Of a DNA stretch of 64,000 nucleotides, positions 52,798-61,588 are shown piece by piece. Numbering within the stretch: the first letter of the stretch is position 1; each line of letters begins with the position of its first letter. A program made the translations under genes and the position numbers. The stretch covers positions 80,364 to 144,363 of IMG/VR virus record IMGVR_UViG_3300027741_000025. One strand, written 5' to 3'. The DNA is from a virus. Under the pieces are notes generated by a model. That model saw only the letters and a list, made by a program, of their open reading frames with translations. It was not told where the DNA came from and ran no database searches.

Positions 52798-53571
52798 CTA
52801 AAGGTCTGAATTTTCTAGTTCCGGAATGTATAAATCAGAATTAAAATCAAAATAAGATTCAACAAAACCTTCGCATTTATTTGCTGTGCTATATCCTTGC
52901 TTATGATTAATTCCAATTCTCTTGCATCTAGATATCATCGGGCATATTGAATAATATTTATTATCTCTTATTAATTGTCCAAACTTTACATCACCATTAT
53001 ATTTATCGCCTCTTATATACGCATATTTATCCCAAATAGACTTAGTAATAGCAAAATCTGTTGATGAGATCCAATCTATTTTATGAATATTGTTTAAATA
53101 TTTATTTGCATTTTCTTTATTTATAATTGGATTTTTGAATATTGAAGAGGCACAATAAGCAAAACATTCTGGATATTCTGACCGGGCTTTTTCATAAAAA
53201 TTTAGTGCATCTTTACATAATAATATATCATCTTCTAAGTAGATACCAAAATTTGTTTTGGTAAAAACATAGTCCATAAGAAACTTACAACTGCCTTCGG
53301 GACCAAGATTAAAATCAGGACTAATAATCTCAAAACTTTTATATAAATTTTTATTTTTATATGCATACAAAAAATCTAATACAGATCTATTACATTTACT
53401 ATATTCTGTATGGTCTACTTCGTATAATATTTTTTCAATGCTATCTACACATATTACTACTGAGTAATTGTTAATATTATAACAATTTTCTATTGATGAA
53501 ATTGTTTTTTTGAGCGTATCTAATTTATTAAATGTTAAAATTCCAATATACTTATCATACATTATATTCAA
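52798..53571 (-). CDS. GT-A fold glycosyltransferase
   Basis: ILTFNK, ICVD, NLG, IYLEDDI. Confidence 0.75.
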   Translation of the reverse strand: MNIMYDKYIGILTFNKLDTLKKTISSIENCYNINNYSVVICVDSIEKILYEVDHTEYSKCNRSVLDFLYAYKNKNLYKSFEIISPDFNLGPEGSCKFLMDYVFTKTNFGIYLEDDILLCKDALNFYEKARSEYPECFAYCASSIFKNPIINKENANKYLNNIHKIDWISSTDFAITKSIWDKYAYIRGDKYNGDVKFGQLIRDNKYYSICPMISRCKRIGINHKQGYSTANKCEGFVESYFDFNSDLYIPELENSDL

Positions 53572-54373
53572 TCTTACTAAACTCTATATCTGGGTTAAAG
53601 TTCCAAAAGTAACTGGGGTTGGTGTTGTTGTTTAGCTTTAACAACTTAGATTTACTTAAACAACTTTTCTTTAAAATATTATATAATTTTTCATGAGATA
53701 TTTTAGATTCAAAGATACTATGCTGCCCTCTGTCATCTCCGTGAATACCATTGCTACTCCATCCATAAACACCAAAATGCCCGTGCCTGTTTCTTATGGG
53801 AGCAATAGAGGTAAGATTATTGGTATTTAATATATCTTGTAAATCTAAATCGAAACCTCTAATCTCAGAGTTTTCTTCATAGAAACTATTAATATATTTA
53901 AAAAATTTATCTCTGCCGATAAGAGCAGATCTTAGTGAAGCAGAGGATCTGACTATTGTATTTTTATTACCTTTTGGTTTTTCCCAAGCACCAATATGAA
54001 AATACAAAACATTGTCATGCTTTTCTAAGACTGAATCTTCAATTATTTTATAACACATTCTTAAATAATCTTTGCTTATGATTATATCATCTTCTATTGA
54101 GATAATATGATCATAATTATGATTATCAAAAATATGCTTTACAGCAGTATACCAAGAAAGCTTTCCCACATTGTTGTCAAAGTTTATTCTTTTAAAATCG
54201 TCTGTTATTACAGAATTATAATCTTCTGTGTATCCATTCACTGGGTGTGGGTCAACAAACACAAAAGTATCTATTGTGTCAGAAAGATCTGCAAGCTTTT
54301 GATACTCTAAAGAGAGTTGTAAAAAGGCAGAACGATCATGAAAAGTATTGCGTACTATTGCAGTTTTCATCAA
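53555..54373 (-). CDS. GT-A fold glycosyltransferase
   Basis: DR..FL, VFVD, ISIEDDIIIS.DYL, HFG.YG. Confidence 0.7.
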   Translation of the reverse strand: MMKTAIVRNTFHDRSAFLQLSLEYQKLADLSDTIDTFVFVDPHPVNGYTEDYNSVITDDFKRINFDNNVGKLSWYTAVKHIFDNHNYDHIISIEDDIIISKDYLRMCYKIIEDSVLEKHDNVLYFHIGAWEKPKGNKNTIVRSSASLRSALIGRDKFFKYINSFYEENSEIRGFDLDLQDILNTNNLTSIAPIRNRHGHFGVYGWSSNGIHGDDRGQHSIFESKISHEKLYNILKKSCLSKSKLLKLNNNTNPSYFWNFNPDIEFSKIEYNV

Positions 54374-55101
54374 ATTGGTCTGCTTTGAATTTCCGTGAGC
54401 AATTTGGGAAGAGTTGACATAGCTTCTTCTGTAATTCGCTCATATTCATTTATATCAAGAGCGAATATCTGGTAGTGGTGACAAATTGGGTTCTTCATAA
54501 CCTGTGGGTTGTATCCCTTACTTTGAGTCTTCAAAGTCATGAAAAAGCTCATCCCAACCTGAGGTAGAGTCTCATTCCAAGGACCGCAATCATTCCAACA
54601 CTCCCTTGTCATGAGACACATATATTCCTGCAGAAACTCAACCTTTTGTTCACCCATCACATAGCTTGAAAAATCTACACCGATCATTCCAGACTTATTA
54701 TTATCTGCGACATTAATCAATAAGTCTAACCATGCTGGGTTTAATACCACAACATCGCAATGCATGAAAACAATATACTTGGAATTCTTGTCTGCTGCTT
54801 TTACGCCTTTATTGGCAGCACTAGACCAATACTCATTCTTTGGAAGTCTTACCAACTTAACTTCATTTTTAATATCTTCTAGAAAAGACTGAGATTCTTC
54901 ATCGCTTCCATTGTCAACAACAATAATCTCGTAGTTATTGTTAAAGCTAGTTACAGCTATGCTCTGAAGGCATATGTTCAGATACTCTGGGCGGTCTTTA
55001 TGAACCACTACAATGCTTATCTGATCTTCAACGCTTTCATGTGTTGGTATGACTAATTCGGGCTTCTTGCCCCCTTCAAGGGGATTGTGTGGCTTGTTCA
55101 T
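54370..55101 (-). CDS. GT2-family glycosyltransferase
   Basis: ISIVVV, YEIIVVDNGS, AANKG, VFMHCD. Confidence 0.9.
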   Translation of the reverse strand: MNKPHNPLEGGKKPELVIPTHESVEDQISIVVVHKDRPEYLNICLQSIAVTSFNNNYEIIVVDNGSDEESQSFLEDIKNEVKLVRLPKNEYWSSAANKGVKAADKNSKYIVFMHCDVVVLNPAWLDLLINVADNNKSGMIGVDFSSYVMGEQKVEFLQEYMCLMTRECWNDCGPWNETLPQVGMSFFMTLKTQSKGYNPQVMKNPICHHYQIFALDINEYERITEEAMSTLPKLLTEIQSRPI

Positions 55102-55132
55102 GTTTTGTTCCTTTGAACCTATTTTAATTGTT

Positions 55133-55345
55133 TTAGTCTTCTATTTCAACATCAAAAATGCCGCGAGAACACATGCATTCAACACTGAATCCGCTTGAAT
55201 TCTGCACAACGTCTTTGTAAGTTTTTTCGACAGAATTAAGATAGTCTTCAGATTTCTTTAAATCTTTAAAAGCTTTTTCCACTCTGACGAAGATAAATTC
55301 ACCATTAATTTGTCTAGCGACATTCACTATTATGAAAGTTTTCAC
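55133..55345 (-). CDS. Hypothetical protein
   Basis: Translationally coupled ORF. Confidence 0.55.
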   Translation of the reverse strand: MKTFIIVNVARQINGEFIFVRVEKAFKDLKKSEDYLNSVEKTYKDVVQNSSGFSVECMCSRGIFDVEIED

Positions 55346-55611
55346 TCTGGGAACTCCAATTCTTCTTTTTCAATTTTAAATTTATTTTTACTGTTTTCTT
55401 TTGCTATGTACTTATCTAGATTTAAAATGAAGCTATTCAGGGCTTGAAAAGGATAGTTAGCAGCAGCCTTCTTCAAAGATTGTTTTAAATTTTCATCTAT
55501 AAACTTTTCATCAATTGCATCATAAACGTTTTTTAGTGTTATTTTAATGAAAGACCTAGGTCCTCCACCTGCCCCTGAAATATTAAATCTGACATTTTCA
55601 GCTTCTTGCAT
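55342..55611 (-). CDS. Hypothetical protein
   Basis: Translationally coupled ORF. Confidence 0.55.
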   Translation of the reverse strand: MQEAENVRFNISGAGGGPRSFIKITLKNVYDAIDEKFIDENLKQSLKKAAANYPFQALNSFILNLDKYIAKENSKNKFKIEKEELEFPE

Positions 55612-55925
55612 TAATCTTCCTCTTTGCTTTCTTCTTCATTTGATTGATCTTCTTGTGTTGTCTCAGGAATATACTTCTTTCTTAATTTTTCATAATCCAA
55701 GTCTTTCAAAACATCGCCAACATTTGAACTGCCACTAACCACATCAACAACAGCAGATGTGTCAACTTTTCTCAAAACCTGCATTTCGATGGCTCTTTTT
55801 TTATCCTCGTCTATTGATTCATCAAGAAAATAGACTCTACCCCCAGAATAATCCACCATGCAAAAGCATTTTTTTTGATCAAAAACAACAAGCATGGGCA
55901 CTAAATATTTAATGGACATTTCCAT
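55611..55925 (-). CDS. Hypothetical protein
   Basis: Translationally coupled ORF. Confidence 0.55.
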   Translation of the reverse strand: MEMSIKYLVPMLVVFDQKKCFCMVDYSGGRVYFLDESIDEDKKRAIEMQVLRKVDTSAVVDVVSGSSNVGDVLKDLDYEKLRKKYIPETTQEDQSNEEESKEED

Positions 55926-55942
55926 ACAACTAACTGAGTAAA

Positions 55943-56209
55943 ATGAATTTTAAAAATTTTTTAGAATTACCTGAAGAAGATATAGAAGGAACAATAGAAG
56001 AAATACAAGACAAAAGAAATCCAATTATAATAAAAATTGATAACGGTACTCCTGCGGGAAGAGCCATAGCTTTAACTCCGGCGGAGTACAGAAGATATAA
56101 AAATATTTACAACATAGATGCTCAAACGGATGGACGTTATAACAAAAAAATCAAAGCTCGTATTCAAAAATTTGAACCTTATAAAGTTTCACAAATAATA
56201 ATTCAATGA
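55943..56209 (+). CDS. Hypothetical protein (MNFKNFLE N-terminus)
   Basis: Full ORF. Confidence 0.55.
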   Translation: MNFKNFLELPEEDIEGTIEEIQDKRNPIIIKIDNGTPAGRAIALTPAEYRRYKNIYNIDAQTDGRYNKKIKARIQKFEPYKVSQIIIQ

Positions 56210-56943
56210 TTAAATTCTTATTAATTTCTCTGTGTTTGGTTGGGACCGCTTTTGCGGGCACTCGGGATCCCAACACACCAGATGAAAAGTATATAGAATA
56301 TGGCAAAAATTACAAATGTGTTTTAAAATTATGTACAAAAACAAAAGATGAAAAAACAGCATATGCTTCTGCTGTTGCTATAGGCTCAAATTGGCTTTTG
56401 ACTGCTGCTCATGTGCTGGACGATACTCATGATCCTTATGTTTTTATTGAAGGTAAAAAATATGAAATAGACAGTTTCATTATTCCAAAAGAATTCAATG
56501 ATAGCTTTGGATATTATGACATAGCTATCTGTCATACAAAAGAAGATATGAAACTAGATTTTTATCCAGAGTTATATAAAAATGATGATGAAGTAGGCAA
56601 AATATCTGGAATAGCTGGTTGGGGTGTGACGGGAACCTTCGATAAAGGAAGAAACGAAGAGGGGGGCGAGTTTATAAGAAGAGCCGGCTCAAATAAAATT
56701 GATGAAATAGATAGGCATCTGTTGGTTTGTTCGCCCAGTTTAACCAACAAAACAGAGTTAGAGTTTCTGATCTCACACGGAGATAGTGGAGGTGGTTTAT
56801 TTATAGACCAAAAATTAGCAGGAATAAACTCTTGTGTTATGGCAAAAGATAAAAAGCCAAACTCAAATTATGGGGATGAAGCTGGGCACACAAGAGTGTC
56901 GCTTCACAGAAAATGGATATTAGATACAATAAAGAATCACTGA
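56206..56943 (+). CDS. Secreted trypsin-like (S1) serine protease
   Basis: Signal peptide; LTAAHV, DIAI, GDSGG catalytic triad motifs. Confidence 0.92.
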   Translation: MIKFLLISLCLVGTAFAGTRDPNTPDEKYIEYGKNYKCVLKLCTKTKDEKTAYASAVAIGSNWLLTAAHVLDDTHDPYVFIEGKKYEIDSFIIPKEFNDSFGYYDIAICHTKEDMKLDFYPELYKNDDEVGKISGIAGWGVTGTFDKGRNEEGGEFIRRAGSNKIDEIDRHLLVCSPSLTNKTELEFLISHGDSGGGLFIDQKLAGINSCVMAKDKKPNSNYGDEAGHTRVSLHRKWILDTIKNH

Positions 56944-57224
56944 TCTTTGGATCTATATTCGCCCCAAGCTTGCTCCCACTCTGTATTTTTTGGCTTGAGC
57001 ATAGCTTCGGTGTCTATCTTATCTGGGTCTATACCTGGTCCGTATGGGCTTGGAGAGTATTCTTTCTGTAGCTTCTTCACAACGGCATCTGCTATTTGAT
57101 CATAGTGTTTTTCAATGGTATAGTTTACAATTTTATTTGAAAACAAAACAGTAAAAATCATCAAAAAACAAAGCATCAAAAACACCCAGAACAGATTCTT
57201 GTCTAGAATTTCTTTTAATTTCAT
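56937..57224 (-). CDS. Single-TM hypothetical protein
   Basis: N-terminal hydrophobic helix; AAGGA SD. Confidence 0.6.
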   Translation of the reverse strand: MKLKEILDKNLFWVFLMLCFLMIFTVLFSNKIVNYTIEKHYDQIADAVVKKLQKEYSPSPYGPGIDPDKIDTEAMLKPKNTEWEQAWGEYRSKDQ

Positions 57225-57252
57225 TTTATTTTCCTTTAAGTTAAAGTAGTCT

Positions 57253-57822
57253 TTATTTTTCAGTTTTAGGATTTATTTTACAAATAATCTGATTGCCAGC
57301 CATAAAAGAACTCTTTTCTACTGTGTAGAAGTCTTCACCTACACAAGATAGAAATTTTTTCATAAGCTCAAAACCATTTTCTTTATGAGATAACTCTCTG
57401 TTGTTTTTAAATCTCAAGGTTATTTGTACCTTTTTCCCATCTTCCAAAAAAGTCTTAGCTTGATTTGCTTTAGTATTTAAATCATGGTCTTCTATACATG
57501 ATTTGAATCTAATTTCTTTTAATTCATTAGCCTTAGAATTCTTCTTCTTGTCTTTTTCTTTTATCTTTTCTTTATAAAGATATTTTTGATAATTTAATAT
57601 ATGGCAAACAGGCGGTTTTGTATTTGGAATTAATTCAACAAGATCCAAGCTCTTTTCGCCTGCAATCTTCATTGCGGCGTCAACAGACATTATGCCAAGC
57701 TGTGTTCCTTCAAATATAACTCTTATAGAAGGAGATCTAATTGCATAGTTAATTCTATGCTTATGTTGGGGTTGATGGTTTTGATAACCAAAACCAAACT
57801 TATTGCCGTATCTGTAGCTCAT
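57253..57822 (-). CDS. infC: Translation initiation factor IF-3
   Basis: RIN..IR...IRV...G.QLG, LDLVE..P..KPPVC.I, KEIRF...I..HDL.TK......FL..G.KV. Confidence 0.93.
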   Translation of the reverse strand: MSYRYGNKFGFGYQNHQPQHKHRINYAIRSPSIRVIFEGTQLGIMSVDAAMKIAGEKSLDLVELIPNTKPPVCHILNYQKYLYKEKIKEKDKKKNSKANELKEIRFKSCIEDHDLNTKANQAKTFLEDGKKVQITLRFKNNRELSHKENGFELMKKFLSCVGEDFYTVEKSSFMAGNQIICKINPKTEK

Positions 57823-57864
57823 TTATAAAAATATTTACCTTAACCAATAATTATACAGAATTTT

Positions 57865-58497
57865 TCAGTAAATTTCAAGGTTATTATCCAAAATATTTAG
57901 ATAAATTCCTTCCTTCTCGGAAGGATACTTTCTGCTTGAGATTATTTCATCCTGAGCATTTCTCTCTATCACCTTAAATTCGAGGTAATATTCACCAGGA
58001 ACTCTGGTGTCGTCTACAAACCAGTTGTAAACAAGATAGCTTTCAACCAGAACATTCAGTTCTTTTGTGCCATCTAATTTCATAACATCTTCCTTTACAA
58101 GATCGTATGTTGCGCCGGAGTTCATTATTTTTATTATTTTGATTGAAGTTCCCTTTTTCCAACTTGTAGAAGTTGTTTCAAAATAACCCCTAGTGACCAT
58201 TACCGCATTATTTACAATAGAAGCCACCTGAACAAGTTCGTGTGTCCCAGTATTTTTAAGTAAAATCACATCCCCTGGAACCACTGCGCTTAATCCTACA
58301 TTATTTGCTAATAATATCTCAAAGTCACTGTCATTTATATCTTTTTTTAGTTTTGCATTAGCCCACATGCTGGCTGTGATTTCAAATTTACTTAGGTCTA
58401 TGGGGCTCCAATCACAGTCGTACACCTTCAACCTCAAAGAAGGTTGAGTACTGTTTCTCTTTATAATAAAGTCATATTTGCTATCTGCACATGCCAT
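57865..58497 (-). CDS. BppU-like baseplate/structural protein with insertion
   Basis: FIIKRN.TQP, PIDLS, LVYNW...DT..PGEYYLEFKV. Confidence 0.65.
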   Translation of the reverse strand: MACADSKYDFIIKRNSTQPSLRLKVYDCDWSPIDLSKFEITASMWANAKLKKDINDSDFEILLANNVGLSAVVPGDVILLKNTGTHELVQVASIVNNAVMVTRGYFETTSTSWKKGTSIKIIKIMNSGATYDLVKEDVMKLDGTKELNVLVESYLVYNWFVDDTRVPGEYYLEFKVIERNAQDEIISSRKYPSEKEGIYLNILDNNLEIY

Positions 58498-58557
58498 AGT
58501 TTAAAAAATAATTTAACGTACAAGCGACTAATGTATATATAATTATCATTCATATAT

Positions 58558-58881
58558 TTAGCATTTGTATTTTTTAATATTATTTTTTAATAGTATATTG
58601 CCAGACTCTATCTCGGCTAATAACTCCAGGTCCATATTGGTTTTTGCATAACCATGGATATAAATCAAATCTCTGTATTTAGACTCAAGCTGCTTAAGCC
58701 ATCTCAAAGAACAATATAGACCTGTGTGATCTACGAAGTTCTTATAATCACCAAAGAAAACAACATATTTTAAAAAATATCTTTGAAGTTTACCTTTAAA
58801 GTATTTTAAAAGGAATTTTTTTTCTTTAGGGAACTCCAGAGTCAAAAATCTCATTCCTATGAATAAACAATCACGCTCCAA
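58558..58881 (-). CDS. Hypothetical protein
   Basis: Coupled ORF with GAGGGG SD. Confidence 0.55.
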   Translation of the reverse strand: MERDCLFIGMRFLTLEFPKEKKFLLKYFKGKLQRYFLKYVVFFGDYKNFVDHTGLYCSLRWLKQLESKYRDLIYIHGYAKTNMDLELLAEIESGNILLKNNIKKYKC

Positions 58882-59380
58882 AACTTACCCCCTCACAAAA
58901 TTCTAAGTATAATATCATCATTCCTCCTGCAAACTGCTGCGGAACGCCTGCTTTATGTAAACTCTTTAAAGTTTCATTAACAAGCTTTATTTCCTGGGTC
59001 ACATCCCCATTTTTCTTCGCTTTGTTCATATCTTCTTGTGTAACTATAATATAGTTATTAAGAGCTTTATATGCTCTTTGAACACCAGATATTATACTTG
59101 TATTTACAACTGTCGATAGATTGTGTGAGCACTTCATAAGATCTTTGGTTGTATTACCATTTTTAAATTTTTTATTATTAAAAAAGACATTTATATAATA
59201 TTTCGCCAAATCTTCAGTATCTTTTTTAAAATCAGAAACGGTTTGAACACCCATATCACTCAAAATGTTTATTGCTTGAATTTCTTCTGGTATGTCCTGG
59301 TCATCTGAGTCTTCATAATCATCATAATCATTATTATTTAAATAAGCATCTTCATAATTTTCTAACATTTTATCTTTCAT
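58871..59380 (-). CDS. Hypothetical protein with acidic N-terminus
   Basis: AAGGA SD; full ORF. Confidence 0.55.
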   Translation of the reverse strand: MKDKMLENYEDAYLNNNDYDDYEDSDDQDIPEEIQAINILSDMGVQTVSDFKKDTEDLAKYYINVFFNNKKFKNGNTTKDLMKCSHNLSTVVNTSIISGVQRAYKALNNYIIVTQEDMNKAKKNGDVTQEIKLVNETLKSLHKAGVPQQFAGGMMILYLEFCEGVSFGA

Positions 59381-59408
59381 TTTTAAATCCTTTTGAGTAC
59401 ATAACTAT

Positions 59409-59879
59409 ATGAGAAACGCCATTTTAATTACACTTGTTATTTTGTCAATATCAGGTTGTGCCAGCATAAGCCCAAGAAACAAACAAAATATCAATAATGA
59501 AAAAGGGGAAATTGGCGACATAAGAAACAACCAACAGGGCTTCATGTTGGAGTTGGGCAAAATGAAGCAAGATGTCCAAATGATAGGAAGCAAGCTAAAA
59601 GAAGTCCAAGAAGGACTGGTGAATCTAAATGCTTGTGTATCAAGAAATGACAACACAGGGGTGCAAATTCTTCAAGGAGATGGGGCTTTGTTTTTGGTTT
59701 TTAGTTGTGCAGTATTAGCATTTATTTTCTACTACAAGAACAGAAAAAATGAAGAAACGCTGAAAACACTGACCAATAAGATTGTTGAAATAAATGATGA
59801 AAATCTCACCAATAAAGTTATTGACGGAATAGTGGAAAAAGATCAAGCAAAAAAGATACTCAAAATGCTAAAGTCTTAA
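59409..59879 (+). CDS. Lipoprotein with coiled coil and a second TM helix
   Basis: Lipobox ISGC; heptad region; ALFLVFSCAVLAFIFYY. Confidence 0.6.
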   Translation: MRNAILITLVILSISGCASISPRNKQNINNEKGEIGDIRNNQQGFMLELGKMKQDVQMIGSKLKEVQEGLVNLNACVSRNDNTGVQILQGDGALFLVFSCAVLAFIFYYKNRKNEETLKTLTNKIVEINDENLTNKVIDGIVEKDQAKKILKMLKS

Positions 59880-60118
59880 TCAATAGGAAGTCCATCGCAA
59901 TTATCTGCTATTGGCAGGTAGAAGCTGCCAGAATCAATTTTCTTTTTATTACAAAAAGCCAAAAACTCTGCAACTTCTAAGTCTACCACCGCTTTTTTAG
60001 AAGATTTTTTTAAACAATAATAGTGAGCATTTTTTCTTTCATCTTCGCAAAGATACCTGCAGCACTTGGCTTCCTTGCCGATTAAACAAACATCTTCGAG
60101 TTGTTTTTTGCTTAACAT
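59876..60118 (-). CDS. Small Cys-containing hypothetical protein
   Basis: C..CCRYL..CLK...DNC.G. Confidence 0.55.
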   Translation of the reverse strand: MLSKKQLEDVCLIGKEAKCCRYLCEDERKNAHYYCLKKSSKKAVVDLEVAEFLAFCNKKKIDSGSFYLPIADNCDGLPID

Positions 60119-60144
60119 TTAGATTGCTTCCTTATATGATTATA

Positions 60145-60172
60145 AGCATAGCAAACTAGAAGAACCAGTCAA
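60145..60172 (-). promoter_or_regulatory. Sigma70-type promoter
   Basis: TTGACT, 16-nt spacer, TG-n-TATGCT; AAGGA SD downstream. Confidence 0.6.
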
Positions 60173-60178
60173 CAGCAA

Positions 60179-60415
60179 TCAAAGATATTTATCATTATTT
60201 TTATTTGACTTTTTTCTAATTAAATTACTCTCTTTTTTCTTTCTTCGTCTCTTCTCACTCGGGCTTTCATAATATTCTCTCTTCTTTGCTTCCTGAAGAA
60301 TTCCTGTGTCCGATACCACCTTCTTAAAAATATTCAAACCTCTTCTGAACACATCTTCTCTTTCTCTCTGAGACATGTTGTGGTGATCCCCATCTTTAAT
60401 AATCTTTATTTTCAT
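60179..60415 (-). CDS. rpsU: Ribosomal protein bS21
   Basis: L..FKK.V...GILQE.KKREYYE.PSEKRRRKK. Confidence 0.9.
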   Translation of the reverse strand: MKIKIIKDGDHHNMSQREREDVFRRGLNIFKKVVSDTGILQEAKKREYYESPSEKRRRKKKESNLIRKKSNKNNDKYL

Positions 60416-60438
60416 AATTTCTCCTTAAACTAATATAG

Positions 60439-61584
60439 TCATTCTTTTGGAATTTTAATAAACCTGGTACCAAATTTTCTGTTATGTATTTTTCTTATAG
60501 TGCGAATTGATGTAATCTTGTTGAATTCTGACGTTGTTGTCCAGGTGTCTCGATCTAAGTAAGGTATAAAGTTTATGATATCGTTTTTGATACTTTTAAA
60601 AATATCATTATACCAAGAATCTTTGTTTCCATTTGCAATAGAATTAACAAAACTAAATATAATCTTGGAAGGGGTTTCCATTTTTGAAATGTCAACTAAT
60701 TCATATTCTTTAGTGTTAAAATGTTTATTCCTTTCATCAAAAGCAACGCAAGGCGTTCTTGCTAAATTAGCAAACCAAGAAACTCCACTAAACAAATCTA
60801 GTACGCAACCTGTGAGTCGCATAGCAGATAAAACTCTGGGTATATCATATTCATTTAAAAATAAACAATCTGTGCCATCTTTAAAATCTTCCGTTAAATC
60901 GAAGCCCAATTGGTGATTCCAGATAACAGGAAATACACCTTCATTTTTTAAATAGTTTATTAATTCAACATAGAATTCTCTTTTTGCATTGAGTTTTGTG
61001 ACTCTTCCAGAGCTCCATGAATTTAAATATAAAGAAGGAAAAATAAAAACCTTATAGCCAGAATGTTCATTGATCAATCTGAGAAAGTCTTTTCCTAATA
61101 CAGCAGAACTTGGAACCATAGGATAATATGAATTTAATTCTGTGTATTGTTTCCAAAAATCTTCTTTAAATCCATTTTTATAATAGCTACCGAACTCATC
61201 TGAACTCACTACATTTCTAAAATTTTCATTTAAACTTCTTATTATATTTGTTTGAAACACCGAAGTATTTTCAAAACCATTTGAATTTTCAAAAACATTC
61301 TTGAAATATTGAAAATCCGTAAAGCTCCAAAATTCATTTGACTTCTTAAACAAATGAGAAAATCCAGGATATGAACAGGTTATTAAATATTTTGAGCCTT
61401 TTATTTTATTCTTAAAACCATCTAATAGAAGAGTGGATAATAAAAAAGAATATTTAAAATCTACAAACACTGGGGCTATTATTAGATTATCGAGATCTGT
61501 CGGAACATCAGCATCATTATATACTTCTCTTTTAAAACCAATTTTATTAGAAGTTCTATTTAAAAAATCAATAACAGAATTCAT
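60439..61584 (-). CDS. Putative GT-B glycosyltransferase (GT9-like), divergent
   Basis: Two-domain layout; VFIFP...FY.ELI..L...G..PV; LSAM......SGVS..ANL..TP. Confidence 0.5.
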   Translation of the reverse strand: MNSVIDFLNRTSNKIGFKREVYNDADVPTDLDNLIIAPVFVDFKYSFLLSTLLLDGFKNKIKGSKYLITCSYPGFSHLFKKSNEFWSFTDFQYFKNVFENSNGFENTSVFQTNIIRSLNENFRNVVSSDEFGSYYKNGFKEDFWKQYTELNSYYPMVPSSAVLGKDFLRLINEHSGYKVFIFPSLYLNSWSSGRVTKLNAKREFYVELINYLKNEGVFPVIWNHQLGFDLTEDFKDGTDCLFLNEYDIPRVLSAMRLTGCVLDLFSGVSWFANLARTPCVAFDERNKHFNTKEYELVDISKMETPSKIIFSFVNSIANGNKDSWYNDIFKSIKNDIINFIPYLDRDTWTTTSEFNKITSIRTIRKIHNRKFGTRFIKIPKE

Positions 61585-61588
61585 ATTT

